From Nautiliaceae bacterium (GTDB lineage: Bacteria > Campylobacterota > Campylobacteria > Campylobacterales > Nautiliaceae): a stretch of DNA of 64,000 nt. Under the pieces are notes generated by a model. The model searched no databases and was not told the DNA's origin. It was given only the letters and a program-made list of their open reading frames with translations. The translations under genes were made by a program, and so were the position numbers. This document shows, piece by piece, positions 1 through 10,506 of this stretch (position 1 is the stretch's first letter; every line of letters begins with the position of its first letter). Location of the stretch: contig JBDONT010000011.1 in assembly GCA_039831155.1 (NCBI GenBank), forward strand, positions 1 to 64,000, written 5' to 3'.

Positions 1-174
1 AGTATAGAATCTTCCGTAAAAACCAAAACTATAGATTTTAGTAATATTACGAAAAGTGACGAACAAAAAATCGTTTCGATGTATAAAAACGGTTATACGA
101 TAGAAGAGATATCGAAAGAACTTCGTATTCCGGCAGGGGAGGTTGAGCTTGTTATTAAGTTCCAAGGACTTTGA
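1..174 (+). CDS. 3' end of a hypothetical protein with a C-terminal helix-turn-helix-like motif (DUF6115-like); partial
   Basis: Frame 1 is open from base 1 to TGA at 172-174: ...MYKNGYTIEEISKELRIPAGEVELVIKFQGL*. Confidence 0.65.
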   Translation, partial: SIESSVKTKTIDFSNITKSDEQKIVSMYKNGYTIEEISKELRIPAGEVELVIKFQGL

Positions 175-262
175 TATTTTCTTAAAGTTTACTTAAATTA
201 AGTTTTTTTTAAGGTTTCTAAACTACAATTCCATACCTAAAAAATTCACAAAAGGTGTGATA

Positions 263-685
263 ATGAAATTTACTAAATCAATTAGAGAAGAAGATGTAAA
301 AAGAGATTGGATTTTAATAGATGCAAAAGATAAAACTTTTGGTAGATTAATTACTGAAATTGCAACTCTACTTAGAGGTAAACATAAACCATACTTTACA
401 CCTCATGTAGATTGTGGTGATTATGTTGTAGTAATTAACGCTGATAAAGTTAGATTTTCAACTAGTAAAAAACTTGAAAACAAATACTATAGACATACTG
501 GATATTTCGGTAGCGTAAAAGAAGAAACGGTTGAAAAATTACTAAAAGAAAACCCGGAAAAATTATTTAAATTGGCAACAAGAGGAATGCTTCCGAAAAC
601 TAAACTAGGAAGAAAAATGCTTAAAAAATTAAAAGTTTACGCTGGTGAAAATCATCCTCATACAGCTCAAATAAAGGGTAACTAA
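263..685 (+). CDS. rplM: 50S ribosomal protein L13
   Basis: [23 protein letters not shown] and YYRHTGY motifs; ATG at 263; followed by rpsI. Confidence 0.98.
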   Translation: MKFTKSIREEDVKRDWILIDAKDKTFGRLITEIATLLRGKHKPYFTPHVDCGDYVVVINADKVRFSTSKKLENKYYRHTGYFGSVKEETVEKLLKENPEKLFKLATRGMLPKTKLGRKMLKKLKVYAGENHPHTAQIKGN

Positions 686-1083
686 TGAAAATGCACGGAA
701 GAATCTACGCAACAGGTAAAAGAAAAGAAGCGGTAGCTAAAGTTTGGCTAAAAGCAGGTAGCGGAAATATTACGGTAAACGGAAAAACATTAGATGAGTT
801 TTTAGGTGGTAGAGAAGCTTTAAAACTTAGAGTTAGATGGCCGTTAATGCTTACTAAACAAGAAAACGCGGTTGATATCGATGTTAAAGTTTTCGGCGGT
901 GGGTTTGCCGCTCAAGCTGACGCAGTAAAACACGGTATTTCAAAAGCACTTGTAGAATATGCTCCGGAATTTAGAAGTATTTTAAAACCGGCCGGACTTC
1001 TTACAAGAGACGCAAGAAAAGTTGAAAGAAAAAAATACGGAAAGAAAAAAGCGAGAAAATCTCCACAATTCTCAAAAAGATAA
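685..1083 (+). CDS. rpsI: 30S ribosomal protein S9
   Basis: [13 protein letters not shown] start and [19 protein letters not shown] end. Confidence 0.98.
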   Translation: MKMHGRIYATGKRKEAVAKVWLKAGSGNITVNGKTLDEFLGGREALKLRVRWPLMLTKQENAVDIDVKVFGGGFAAQADAVKHGISKALVEYAPEFRSILKPAGLLTRDARKVERKKYGKKKARKSPQFSKR

Positions 1084-1157
1084 TTTTTTCTTTCTTTTTT
1101 TCTTTTTCATACTCTTCAGTGTCTGGCACGATTTAAGAAATTTATCTCTTTTCCGAT

Positions 1158-1175
1158 TTGGAATAAAAGTTGCTT
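1158..1175 (+). promoter_or_regulatory. sigma54 (RpoN) promoter of flgL
   Basis: TTGGAATAAAAGTTGCTT = GG-N10-GC, about 28 nt upstream of the flgL ATG. Confidence 0.75.
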
Positions 1176-1202
1176 ATTTTTATAAACTTCCAAGGACGGA
1201 AT

Positions 1203-3836
1203 ATGAGGGTTACCCAATTTACTCAATATAATAACTTTATTTTAAATCAGCAAAAAACTTTAGATGATTTAAATACCGTTCAAACTCAAATAGCAACCGG
1301 TGAAAAAATTCAAAATATGTATGAAGACCCGGCGGTATATACTAAATTTTTGAAATTAAACGAAGAAATAACATCTTTAACGCAAGTAAAAGATTCCGCA
1401 ACGTTTGCCCAAACCTTTGCTAATGAAACCGATACTACTTTAAATGATTTTGTAAATACTTTAGGTACGTTTAAAACGAATCTCTTAAAAGCTGCAAACG
1501 AAACAAACGATGAAACTTCAAGAGAAGCTATTGTAAGCGAACTTGAAAGCGAACTTGCCCATTTAAAGGATTTGGCTAATACTTCAATTGACGGAAAATA
1601 TCTTTTTAGCGGAAGTAAATTCAATACTAAACCTATTGACGATAATTACGAATATCAAGGAAACGACCAGTATGTAAAGGCATTCTTGGGTGCCGGGGTT
1701 GAGAGAGAATATAATATTCCGGGAAGTGAGTTGTTTTTAGGTAGAGATAACGATTATGTAAAGCATATTTCAACAAACGTAGTCCAATACGATAAAATGA
1801 AAGCAAATCCGGAGTTTGTTGTAAGAGGGGCTGACGGAAATTTATATATCGATAAAGATTTAACTCACGATAGCAACGGAAATATTTATATTTCTCAAGC
1901 GGATAGCGATAATCCTCCTATTAACGAACCTATTACGGGTGAGAGTCAAATAAGAATGTTAACGGGGGTTGCCGATATAGACAATGGAGACGGTACTTAT
2001 AGCGACGGGAAAAGTTATTTTTATATAAAAGGAAAAAAATCAAACGGGGAGACTATAGACGTTACAAACCCTCCTTTAGAACTTTCAAATTCCGCTACGG
2101 TTAACGATTTACTTGATAAAATAGGCGAATTGTACGGTAATACGGCTACTTCTAAAGTTGTGGATGTAAGTTTAAACGATATGGGCGAAATTCAGATTAA
2201 AGATATAGCAAGTGGCAAGATGTTAACCGATTTTTATATGGTAGCGAGTGATACTAAAGAGAGCAGTATCGATGATTTGGTAAAAAACGGGGATTATATA
2301 GTTGAATTTCAAAAAAGTGATTTTAATTCCATAAGAAACCAATCCACGATAGAAGCTAATAACTCTTATTTTGATAACAGAATTTTTAAATTCGGAGCCG
2401 TTTTTAAAACTATAGATACGAAAAGGGATGCTTTAGCCCAGGATAAAGTTTATGACGTATTGGGAAGTGAAGGAATTAGTGATATTGACGGGACTGTGGA
2501 GCCTTTGGATAGTATAAGTTTTACCGGAACGGATACTGGTGGAAACAGCGTAAATTCGACTTTACAAATTACAAGTACTACGACTATGCAGGATATTTTG
2601 AATGAAATAAAAAATCTTTACGGGGATGTTGATGTTAAACTTGAAAACGGAGAGATTATAGTAACCGATAATAGTGTAGAAAAAACTCAAGGTTCCAGTT
2701 TAAGTATTAAAATGCAGGCATTAGATACAAACGGAAATCCTTTGGAGGTGTTTGCAAATAAAGATGTTGCGAATTTTGATAAACTTTATATGGATAAATC
2801 CGGAAATGAGATAAAAGGCAACGTATCTCAAATTCAAAAAGATTATAGAGTTTATTTTAAAGATAATGAAAAAATTATAGAAAAAAATCCTTTTGCTCAG
2901 CAGTATGCCACAAACGACACTTCTATAATAGATACGATGGGAGACGATACTCTTCCAAAAACCATTAATCTTAAATTCAAAGACATAAACGGAAACTTAA
3001 AAACTGCTGTAATTGAACTTAGAGACACGCCCGATGTAAACGGACATTTGAGTAATTTGTGGATTGATAGCAACAATGACGGTATAAAAGAAGATAGTGA
3101 GGTTTACGATATTTTTGAACCAAATGGCGATTTAACCCCGGGGCATACTCAAATTACCACGACAACAACAATAGACCCGGTTACTTGTGAGGCTTGTACT
3201 GTGGAAAATACACAAAAAGGTCTTACTTATCAGCAGTTAAGCGATGTTGTGGCTATGGTTGTAACCAATAATCTGCCGTCTTCCAATAGTGCGGATGATT
3301 ATAATCAGGCGGTTAAAAGTGCAAGAGAAATTGTTGATGCCGGGGTTGATGAGAAAGGAAAATTTTATTTAAAAGATAAAAGTAATTCCTCAACACCTAT
3401 AGATTTAAGTATTTCAACGGATGATAGTTCTTTATATTTTCAGGCTAATAACGCAATTACCATAGATTCTCCGGAAGTTGATTTTTTTGATACGTTGCAA
3501 AAAGCAATAGATGCCGTTAAAAACGGAATGAATTATCCGGATTCCGAAAAAGACCCTAGAAATTTCGGTATACAAGGAGCAATAGAAGCGATTGACCACG
3601 TAACCGACCACATAAGACGCGAACACGCTAAAATAGGGGCTGTTAGTAACGAATTTGATATGACTATTCAAAGAGTTGATATGTTAACCCTAAATGTTCA
3701 GCAACTGCAATCGGATAATATCGATACCGATTTGGGAGAGGCCGCTATGCAGCTCTCTTCACTTCAGACTTCATATCAGGCTCTTTTGGCGTCTATTGCA
3801 AAAATTAACAATTTAACATTACTTAACTATTTGTGA
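1203..3836 (+). CDS. flgL: Flagellar hook-associated protein 3 (FlgL)
   Basis: Flagellin-like N-terminus (MRVTQ...QIATGEKIQ; LANTSIDGKYLFSG) and C-terminus (YQALLASIAKINNLTLLNYL); ATG at 1203 after AAGGA. Confidence 0.92.
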   Translation: MRVTQFTQYNNFILNQQKTLDDLNTVQTQIATGEKIQNMYEDPAVYTKFLKLNEEITSLTQVKDSATFAQTFANETDTTLNDFVNTLGTFKTNLLKAANETNDETSREAIVSELESELAHLKDLANTSIDGKYLFSGSKFNTKPIDDNYEYQGNDQYVKAFLGAGVEREYNIPGSELFLGRDNDYVKHISTNVVQYDKMKANPEFVVRGADGNLYIDKDLTHDSNGNIYISQADSDNPPINEPITGESQIRMLTGVADIDNGDGTYSDGKSYFYIKGKKSNGETIDVTNPPLELSNSATVNDLLDKIGELYGNTATSKVVDVSLNDMGEIQIKDIASGKMLTDFYMVASDTKESSIDDLVKNGDYIVEFQKSDFNSIRNQSTIEANNSYFDNRIFKFGAVFKTIDTKRDALAQDKVYDVLGSEGISDIDGTVEPLDSISFTGTDTGGNSVNSTLQITSTTTMQDILNEIKNLYGDVDVKLENGEIIVTDNSVEKTQGSSLSIKMQALDTNGNPLEVFANKDVANFDKLYMDKSGNEIKGNVSQIQKDYRVYFKDNEKIIEKNPFAQQYATNDTSIIDTMGDDTLPKTINLKFKDINGNLKTAVIELRDTPDVNGHLSNLWIDSNNDGIKEDSEVYDIFEPNGDLTPGHTQITTTTTIDPVTCEACTVENTQKGLTYQQLSDVVAMVVTNNLPSSNSADDYNQAVKSAREIVDAGVDEKGKFYLKDKSNSSTPIDLSISTDDSSLYFQANNAITIDSPEVDFFDTLQKAIDAVKNGMNYPDSEKDPRNFGIQGAIEAIDHVTDHIRREHAKIGAVSNEFDMTIQRVDMLTLNVQQLQSDNIDTDLGEAAMQLSSLQTSYQALLASIAKINNLTLLNYL

Positions 3837-3855
3837 TAAAATTTCACTAAAAAGG

Positions 3856-6168
3856 TTGGGTTTGAAAAAAAGCGTTTATATTTTTCTTTTTTCTTCTCTT
3901 TTTTATCTGTTTGTATCCACTATTTTTCCGAAGATTTCGGTTGTAGGAAAAGTGGGGGCTTTTTTAGGTAAAACTTCTTTTTTACTTTTTGGGTATTTAT
4001 CTTATATTTTTCCGTTTTTACTTGGTGTTTTATTGGTTTTAGCTTATAAAAAGAGGTTTGATTATACAACTTCCCTTAGAGTGTTGGGAGGTGTGTTTTT
4101 GTTTTTTGATTTGTTGTTTTTTCAGGCTATGGTGTTTAAAGTCGGAGTTATAGGGAATTTATTCGTAAACACCCTTAAATTTTACATAGGTTTGGTGGGT
4201 GTCGGGTTATTGGTGCTTGTTATTTTTATATGGAGTCTGTTTTTGCTTTTTGAAGAAGAGATAATAAGCAAAATCTATGAATTAAAAAACAGATATCAAA
4301 CTCTTAAAAACTCGGATTCGGTTGAATCTAATGAAGCTAAAAATGAAATCAAACAGGATTTTGATAAAAGTTTAAAAGAAACTCCTAAAACGCAGGTTGA
4401 ATCTCAAGTAAAAATCGAAGAAATAAAAGAAGTCTTTGACTTTTCAGATTTTGACGTAAGTAATGTTTTATTGGATGAAGATGATATAAAAACGTTTGAA
4501 AAGCCTAAAGAAAAAAGTACGGAAGAGGTAAGAGTTGAAGTGAAAGAGGATTCTTTTAAAGAAAATAATGCCGAAACTGTTAAAACAAAAAACAGTGAAA
4601 TTCAAAATAACCTTGAAGATAATGAGGTCAAAGAGATTAAGATTGAGGAGAAAATTAAAGATACTAAGGATGAAAAAGAATCTAAAATCGAAAAAGCTCA
4701 ACCGGCTCCGAAAGTAACTCACGTAGAAGAACTTGAAGATACTAAAAAGCTTTTATCGGAAATTGAAACGGGAGAGAGAGAACATCCTAGTGATTGGGTA
4801 TTTCCTCCACTTGACTTTCTTAAAAAACCGCCGGCTAAGAAAAAAGAGGTAAACGAAGCCGAAATTGATAAAAAAATTAAAACTTTAATCGAAAAACTAA
4901 AACAGTTTAAAATAGAGGGGGATGTTGTTAGGTATTATGTGGGACCGGTTGTTACGACGTTTGAGTTTAAGCCTCTTCCTCATATAAAAGTAAGTAAAAT
5001 TTTAGCGTTGCAAGATGACTTGGCAATGGCTCTAAAAGCACAGTCAATTCGTATTCAGGCTCCTATTCCCGGAAAAGACGTTGTAGGAATAGAGATACCA
5101 AACGATGAGGTTGAGACGATTTATTTAAGAGAGATACTTGAGAGTGATATATTTAAAAAAGCAAAATCCCCTTTAACTCTAGCCCTTGGAAAAGATATAG
5201 TAGGGGCTCCTTTTGTTACGGATTTAAAAAAGCTTCCTCACTTGCTAATTGCCGGTACTACAGGAAGTGGGAAGAGTGTGGGGATTAATGCAATGATTTT
5301 ATCTTTGCTTTATAGAAATTCTCCGGATGAGCTTAAATTTGTAATGATAGACCCTAAAATGCTTGAATTTTCCATATTTAACGATATTCCTCATCTTTTA
5401 ACACCGGTAATTACGGAACCTAAAAAAGCCATTACAGCTTTAAACGCTATGGTAAAAGAGATGGAGAGACGCTATAAGCTTATGGCAAAAGCTAGGGTTA
5501 AAAATATTGAAAATTATAATAACAAACTTTCAAAAGAAGAAAAACTGCCTTATATTGTGATTATCATAGACGAACTTGCGGATTTAATGATGACAAGCGG
5601 TAAGGATGTAGAGTATTCCATAGCAAGACTTGCTCAAATGGCAAGGGCTAGTGGAATTCATCTTATTGTAGCTACTCAAAGACCAAGCGTTGATGTCGTA
5701 ACGGGGCTTATTAAAGCCAATCTTCCAAGTAGAATAAGTTTTAAAGTAGGGCAAAAGATAGACAGTAAGGTAATTTTAGACCAATATGGGGCCGAGACCC
5801 TTTTAGGAAGAGGGGATATGCTTTTTACACCTCCAGGAATTAGTGGACTTATTAGGCTTCACGCTCCTTTTACCAGTGAAGAGGAGATAGAAAAAGTGGT
5901 TGAGTATTTAAAATCTCAAAGAGAAGCCGATTATGATACGACTATTATTTCTCAAGAGAGTGAAGTTTTAGAGGAGGTTGAGGATTTGGATGAACTGTTT
6001 GAAGAAGCTAAAGAGATTATATTAAAAGAGAAAAGAACAAGTATCTCTTATCTTCAAAGAAGACTTCAAATTGGGTATAATAGAGCAGCTAATATAATAG
6101 AACAGATGGAGAGAATGGGGATTTTATCGCCTCCTAATTCAAAAGGACAAAGAGAGATATTAATATGA
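3856..6168 (+). CDS. ftsK: DNA translocase FtsK
   Basis: N-terminal TM helices, PHLLIAGTTGSGKS, IIIDELADLMM, ATQRPSVDV, gamma domain (LQRRLQIGYNRAA). Confidence 0.97.
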   Translation: MGLKKSVYIFLFSSLFYLFVSTIFPKISVVGKVGAFLGKTSFLLFGYLSYIFPFLLGVLLVLAYKKRFDYTTSLRVLGGVFLFFDLLFFQAMVFKVGVIGNLFVNTLKFYIGLVGVGLLVLVIFIWSLFLLFEEEIISKIYELKNRYQTLKNSDSVESNEAKNEIKQDFDKSLKETPKTQVESQVKIEEIKEVFDFSDFDVSNVLLDEDDIKTFEKPKEKSTEEVRVEVKEDSFKENNAETVKTKNSEIQNNLEDNEVKEIKIEEKIKDTKDEKESKIEKAQPAPKVTHVEELEDTKKLLSEIETGEREHPSDWVFPPLDFLKKPPAKKKEVNEAEIDKKIKTLIEKLKQFKIEGDVVRYYVGPVVTTFEFKPLPHIKVSKILALQDDLAMALKAQSIRIQAPIPGKDVVGIEIPNDEVETIYLREILESDIFKKAKSPLTLALGKDIVGAPFVTDLKKLPHLLIAGTTGSGKSVGINAMILSLLYRNSPDELKFVMIDPKMLEFSIFNDIPHLLTPVITEPKKAITALNAMVKEMERRYKLMAKARVKNIENYNNKLSKEEKLPYIVIIIDELADLMMTSGKDVEYSIARLAQMARASGIHLIVATQRPSVDVVTGLIKANLPSRISFKVGQKIDSKVILDQYGAETLLGRGDMLFTPPGISGLIRLHAPFTSEEEIEKVVEYLKSQREADYDTTIISQESEVLEEVEDLDELFEEAKEIILKEKRTSISYLQRRLQIGYNRAANIIEQMERMGILSPPNSKGQREILI

Positions 6169-6178
6169 AAGGAAAAAA

Positions 6179-7117
6179 ATGAAAAGAGTAATTATTACAT
6201 CGGTTATAGCGGCTTTTTTTGTAGGATGTTCTACTAAAAGTGAGTCTATGGCGACATCTGTTGTGCAGTTGGTTGGAAATCAAGAGGTTGTAGGTTGGAA
6301 CTCTCCGGAACCGGAAAAACCTAAAGTGAAAGTGGTTGTAAAAGAGGTTGTAAAGTATAAACCGGTCGTTAAAACAGTTGTAAAATATAAAACAAAAACC
6401 ATTGTAAAAACGGTTGTAAAATATAAAACCGAACACGATAGTGACGGAGACTGGGTACCGGATAGTGTGGACAAATGTCCTAATACTCCGAAAAATTTAG
6501 TGGTGGACCATAACGGATGTCCTATTATTACCACTTTAAGAATTAATTTTGATACAAACAGCTATAAAATTAAAAAAATATATTATCCGGATATTCAAAG
6601 AGTCGCGGAAGTGTTAAAAAGTAATCCTTCTTTAAAAATTGAAGTTGCCGGATATACGGATGATAAAGGGAGTAAGACATACAATCTTAAACTCTCTCAA
6701 AAAAGAGCCGAAGCGGTAAAAGAGATTTTAGTAAAAAAATTCAAAATAGATCCTAAAAGAATTGTTGCTAAAGGATATGGAGAAGCTTATCCTTTAGTGC
6801 CTAATACAAGCGATACCAATAGAGCCTTAAATAGAAGAGTTGAGATAGTTGATATTACCAATAGAATAGAACCTAGCGAAGCTAAAAAAACTGCAAAAAA
6901 GATAAATAAAATTAAAAAAGAGATTTTGAAAAAAGAAAGCAAAAATACTAAAGAAAAAAAAGTTTCTAAAGCCTTAGAAGCTAAAAAAGCTCCGGTTAAA
7001 ATTAAAACACCGGTTAAAACGGAAAAAATTGCAAAAGATGTGAATTTATCGAAAACAACTAATTTATCTAAAAATTTAAAAACTAAAAAAGCAGAAAACA
7101 ATTCTACTAAAAAATAG
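6179..7117 (+). CDS. OmpA-family peptidoglycan-binding lipoprotein with a TSP3-like repeat and a Lys-rich tail
   Basis: Lipobox FFVGC; DSDGDWVPDSVDKCPNTP; OmpA_C motifs GYTDDKG..YNLKLSQKRA and NRRVEI. Confidence 0.88.
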   Translation: MKRVIITSVIAAFFVGCSTKSESMATSVVQLVGNQEVVGWNSPEPEKPKVKVVVKEVVKYKPVVKTVVKYKTKTIVKTVVKYKTEHDSDGDWVPDSVDKCPNTPKNLVVDHNGCPIITTLRINFDTNSYKIKKIYYPDIQRVAEVLKSNPSLKIEVAGYTDDKGSKTYNLKLSQKRAEAVKEILVKKFKIDPKRIVAKGYGEAYPLVPNTSDTNRALNRRVEIVDITNRIEPSEAKKTAKKINKIKKEILKKESKNTKEKKVSKALEAKKAPVKIKTPVKTEKIAKDVNLSKTTNLSKNLKTKKAENNSTKK

Positions 7118-7121
7118 AGGT

Positions 7122-8327
7122 TTAAACCTCTTTTCCGTTTATATAAAGAGTGTCTACTTTTGTAGTGTGTAGAATTATTTGAAGAGGTAGTAAGTCCAGA
7201 TTTTTTACTCTGTTTGGAAGTTTAAACGTAATTATGTCCGCGTCTTTTCCTTCTTCTAATACACCGTTATTTAATCCTAAAGAGTTTGCGGCGTTTGTCG
7301 TAACTGCTTTTATTAAATCTTTTGCAAGATATTTAGGATGTAAATCCGTATGCATTAAAAGGGCTGCTCTTATTTCTTTAAAGAGATTTAAAGAAAAGTT
7401 AGAACTTTTCCCGTCAGTTGCCACACTGTAAGGAATTGAGAAGTTTTTTACGCTTTCTAAGTCTAAAAGTCCTACGTTTAAGAGTCTGTTTGAAATAGGG
7501 CAGTGGGTTATGTTTGCGTTTATTTCGCTTATTTTCTGAAGCTCTTGTTCGTTTGCGTGAACGCAGTGGATAAAATTGACGTTTGTGTCTTTAAACATTT
7601 CTATAAATTCTAAAGGTTTTATTAATGGTTTTGCGTTTTTAAAGTGCTTTTCAAAGAAAATTTTAAACTCTCCTTCTCCTTTATCAAGCCATTTTCTTTC
7701 GGCTTTGCTTTCCATAAAGTGAGCTTGAAGAGGGAGGTTTTCTTCTTTGGCTATATCTATTATCTTTCTCATTAAAAAAGGGTGTACGGAATAAGGAGAG
7801 TGAATTGAGATTCCTACTTTAAACTTTTCGTTTGCTATTTTTTTAGACTCTTCAAGCCTTCCTAAAAAATCCTGGTAAATCATATCGGCAGTTGCAGGGT
7901 TTGTGCCTATTATTTCATTAAAGTAGACAACTTTTAATGGAGAGTGTTTTAGGTATTTTAAGTCGTTTCCGGTAGAACTTATTTCTCCAAAGGCACACAC
8001 CCCACTTTTTTTCATCTCTTTTATGGCGTTTTTAAAACATTCGCTTTTACAGTCGCTAAATAGCTCTTCTCTTGAATCTATGACGGAATTTAACCAGCAC
8101 ATAAAATCACCATATTCGAGTAAGGTTTGGTTGTTGCTAAATTCAAGATGTGTGTGGGTGTTTATTAAAGCCGGCATAATTACTGAATTTTTTCCCAGAT
8201 ATTTTGAATCTTTTGAAGGGGTTTTTGAAATTGATATTATTTTTTTATCAAATACTATTTCGGCATCTTTTAGAATTTCATATTTTTCGTTTACGGTTAA
8301 TATATAATCTGCCCTTAGTTTTGTCAA
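7122..8327 (-). CDS. mqnF: Amidohydrolase, probable aminodeoxyfutalosine deaminase (menaquinone futalosine pathway)
   Basis: INTHTHLEF, HSPYSV, HFMES, HCP.SN and ATDG metal motifs; divergent from aroQ as in Campylobacter. Confidence 0.7.
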   Translation of the reverse strand: MTKLRADYILTVNEKYEILKDAEIVFDKKIISISKTPSKDSKYLGKNSVIMPALINTHTHLEFSNNQTLLEYGDFMCWLNSVIDSREELFSDCKSECFKNAIKEMKKSGVCAFGEISSTGNDLKYLKHSPLKVVYFNEIIGTNPATADMIYQDFLGRLEESKKIANEKFKVGISIHSPYSVHPFLMRKIIDIAKEENLPLQAHFMESKAERKWLDKGEGEFKIFFEKHFKNAKPLIKPLEFIEMFKDTNVNFIHCVHANEQELQKISEINANITHCPISNRLLNVGLLDLESVKNFSIPYSVATDGKSSNFSLNLFKEIRAALLMHTDLHPKYLAKDLIKAVTTNAANSLGLNNGVLEEGKDADIITFKLPNRVKNLDLLPLQIILHTTKVDTLYINGKEV

Positions 8328-8402
8328 AACTTATCCTTTTTGGATTTATTAGCAAAAGTTATACCAAATTATAGTAAAATAACAAAAAAAAAGGAGTAAA
8401 AT

Positions 8403-8876
8403 ATGAAAATCAAGGTAATTCACGGACCGAATCTTAATATGTTAGGAATTAGAGAAGTAAACATTTACGGACCTATGAAACTTGAAGATATAAATAAAAA
8501 TATGGAAACTTTTGCTAAACAAAACGGGTTTGAAATTGAATTTTACCAATCAAATCACGAAGGTGATATAGTAGACGCTATTCAGGAGTGTTTAAACGAA
8601 GGAGTTGACGGAATTATTATAAATCCGGCTGCATTGACTCACTATTCTATTGCCGTAAGAGATGCTATTAAAGCGGTGGCACTTCCTACGGTTGAAGTTC
8701 ATATGTCAAATATTGCCGCAAGAGAGGAGTTTAGACATAAATCTTTTATTTCCGATGTTGTTGCAGGCACTATTACTGGATTTGGACCTTTTAGCTATCA
8801 TTTAGCTTTAATTGCTATGATTCAGATTTTAAATGAAGTAAAAATGGTAAAAGAGGCACAGGGGGCTAATAAGTAA
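8403..8876 (+). CDS. aroQ: Type II 3-dehydroquinate dehydratase
   Basis: [42 protein letters not shown]. Confidence 0.97.
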   Translation: MKIKVIHGPNLNMLGIREVNIYGPMKLEDINKNMETFAKQNGFEIEFYQSNHEGDIVDAIQECLNEGVDGIIINPAALTHYSIAVRDAIKAVALPTVEVHMSNIAAREEFRHKSFISDVVAGTITGFGPFSYHLALIAMIQILNEVKMVKEAQGANK

Positions 8877-9886
8877 TGAATTATATTCTTAACAAAGAGA
8901 ATGAAATTTATTATGAGTGCGGATGGAGCAGCGATAATGCTATTTTTTTAAAACTAGGCGATTATAAGTATGTAATTACGGATGGAAGATATACTCTTGA
9001 AGCAAAAGAAGAAGCGAAAGCGGAAGTTATTGAGGCTAGGGATTTGCTTAAAAAAGCAAAAGAGCTTATTTTAAAGCACAGAGTAAAAAGGGTTGTTTTG
9101 GACCCTTTGAATTGGAGTTTTAAGGAGTATGAAGAACTTGGGAAGGTTGTTTCTTTAAAAGAAGAGAAATATTTTTCTCATAAAAAAAGAATGATAAAAA
9201 CCGATAAAGAACTTGAACTTATAAAAGAAGCCGTAAGAGAGGGGGCTATTGCTTTTAAAGAGTTTATAAAAACCATTCATACAGGACTTGATGAATATGA
9301 GCTTAGTTTTAGATTTAAAGAGTTTTTAACTCAAAGAGGAAGAAGAGAACTTAGTTTCGAACCTATCGTGGCTATTAATGAAAACGCCGCAAAACCTCAC
9401 GCAAGGGTTAGTGAAAAAAGCTTAAAAAAGGGAGATTTATTGCTCCTTGATGCCGGGATTAAGTATAAAAGATACTGTTCTGATAGAACCAGAACTATTA
9501 ATGTCGATAATTTAAGTTCCAGTAAAATTCAAAAGTTTTCTCCTAAAATTCAGAAAGTTTACGATTTAGTGTTAAAAGCTCAAAAAAAGGCTATTGAAGC
9601 TATAAAAATAGGTATGCCTATTTGCGAGCTTGATAAAATAGCAAGAGATGAGATAAAAAAAGAGGGCTTTGGTGAATTTTTCGTACACTCTTTAGGTCAC
9701 GGAGTAGGGCTTGATATTCACGAATGGCCTTATGTCAATTCAAGAAACGGTATAAAAATTCAAGAGGGTATGGTCTTTACGATAGAACCCGGAATTTATA
9801 TTCCTAATGAATTCGGAGTTAGAATTGAAGATATGGTTATGATAACGCATGACGGAAAAGTTGAGGTTTTAAGTGAGGAGATTTAA
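8876..9886 (+). CDS. Xaa-Pro peptidase (M24 family)
   Basis: DAG..Y.SDRTRT, HSLGHGVGLDIHE, TIEPGIY, GVRIED. Confidence 0.93.
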   Translation: MNYILNKENEIYYECGWSSDNAIFLKLGDYKYVITDGRYTLEAKEEAKAEVIEARDLLKKAKELILKHRVKRVVLDPLNWSFKEYEELGKVVSLKEEKYFSHKKRMIKTDKELELIKEAVREGAIAFKEFIKTIHTGLDEYELSFRFKEFLTQRGRRELSFEPIVAINENAAKPHARVSEKSLKKGDLLLLDAGIKYKRYCSDRTRTINVDNLSSSKIQKFSPKIQKVYDLVLKAQKKAIEAIKIGMPICELDKIARDEIKKEGFGEFFVHSLGHGVGLDIHEWPYVNSRNGIKIQEGMVFTIEPGIYIPNEFGVRIEDMVMITHDGKVEVLSEEI

Positions 9887-10050
9887 TGAGTATCAGTAAA
9901 ATAAGAACTTTTCTTTACAAAACCGCAAAATATTTAGGAGATATAAACGCTATTAAAAGAACTTTAAAAAAGGGAGATTTAACTCCTATTATTAAACGCG
10001 TTTTAAGAAGAATTTACGGGTATATAACTTCTAAGGGGATGCCTAAATAA
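9886..10050 (+). CDS. Small basic hypothetical protein (54 aa), not in ORF track
   Basis: GAGGAG RBS; ATG overlaps the upstream TAA and its TAA overlaps the folK ATG; MSISKIRTFLYKTAKYLGDINAIKR... Confidence 0.75.
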   Translation: MSISKIRTFLYKTAKYLGDINAIKRTLKKGDLTPIIKRVLRRIYGYITSKGMPK

Positions 10051-10505
10051 TGAGAAAAATCATAAAAACAACCTATTTTCCGGCAAAAATTAAAAAAAGC
10101 AGTAAAAAAAACAGAGCCTTAATAGGAATAGGTTGTAATGTCGGTAACTGTATAAGAAGATTTAAAAAAGTTTATCGTTTTTTAAACTCTCATTCTAAAA
10201 TAGATGTAATTCAAACGTCAATTATTTATCAAAATCCTCCTTTTGGGTATTTAAATCAACCCGATTTTTTTAATTCTATTTTAGTGATAAAAACCGATTT
10301 TTCTCCGCTTGAACTGTTAAACTTTTTACTTTATACGGAGAAAAAATTTAATAGAAAGAGAAGTTTTAAAAATGCTCCTAGGACGTTGGATTTGGATATA
10401 ATTATGTTTAATAATATAAAATTAAACCATAAAAGATTAATTGTGCCGCATCCGTATTTTAAAGAAAGAGATTCGGTTTTAGTACCACTGGCGTTAAAGG
10501 ATTAG
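10050..10505 (+). CDS. folK: 2-amino-4-hydroxy-6-hydroxymethyldihydropteridine diphosphokinase
   Basis: IGIGCNVG, QPDFFN, PRTLDLDI, VPHP..ERDSVLVPL. Confidence 0.95.
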   Translation: MRKIIKTTYFPAKIKKSSKKNRALIGIGCNVGNCIRRFKKVYRFLNSHSKIDVIQTSIIYQNPPFGYLNQPDFFNSILVIKTDFSPLELLNFLLYTEKKFNRKRSFKNAPRTLDLDIIMFNNIKLNHKRLIVPHPYFKERDSVLVPLALKD

Positions 10506-10506
10506 A

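Noticed and set aside
1124-1140. TGGCACG sigma54 -24-like element upstream of flgL
   Set aside because: No GC at the -12 position (TTTAAG follows); the box at 1158-1175 fits GG-N10-GC exactly.
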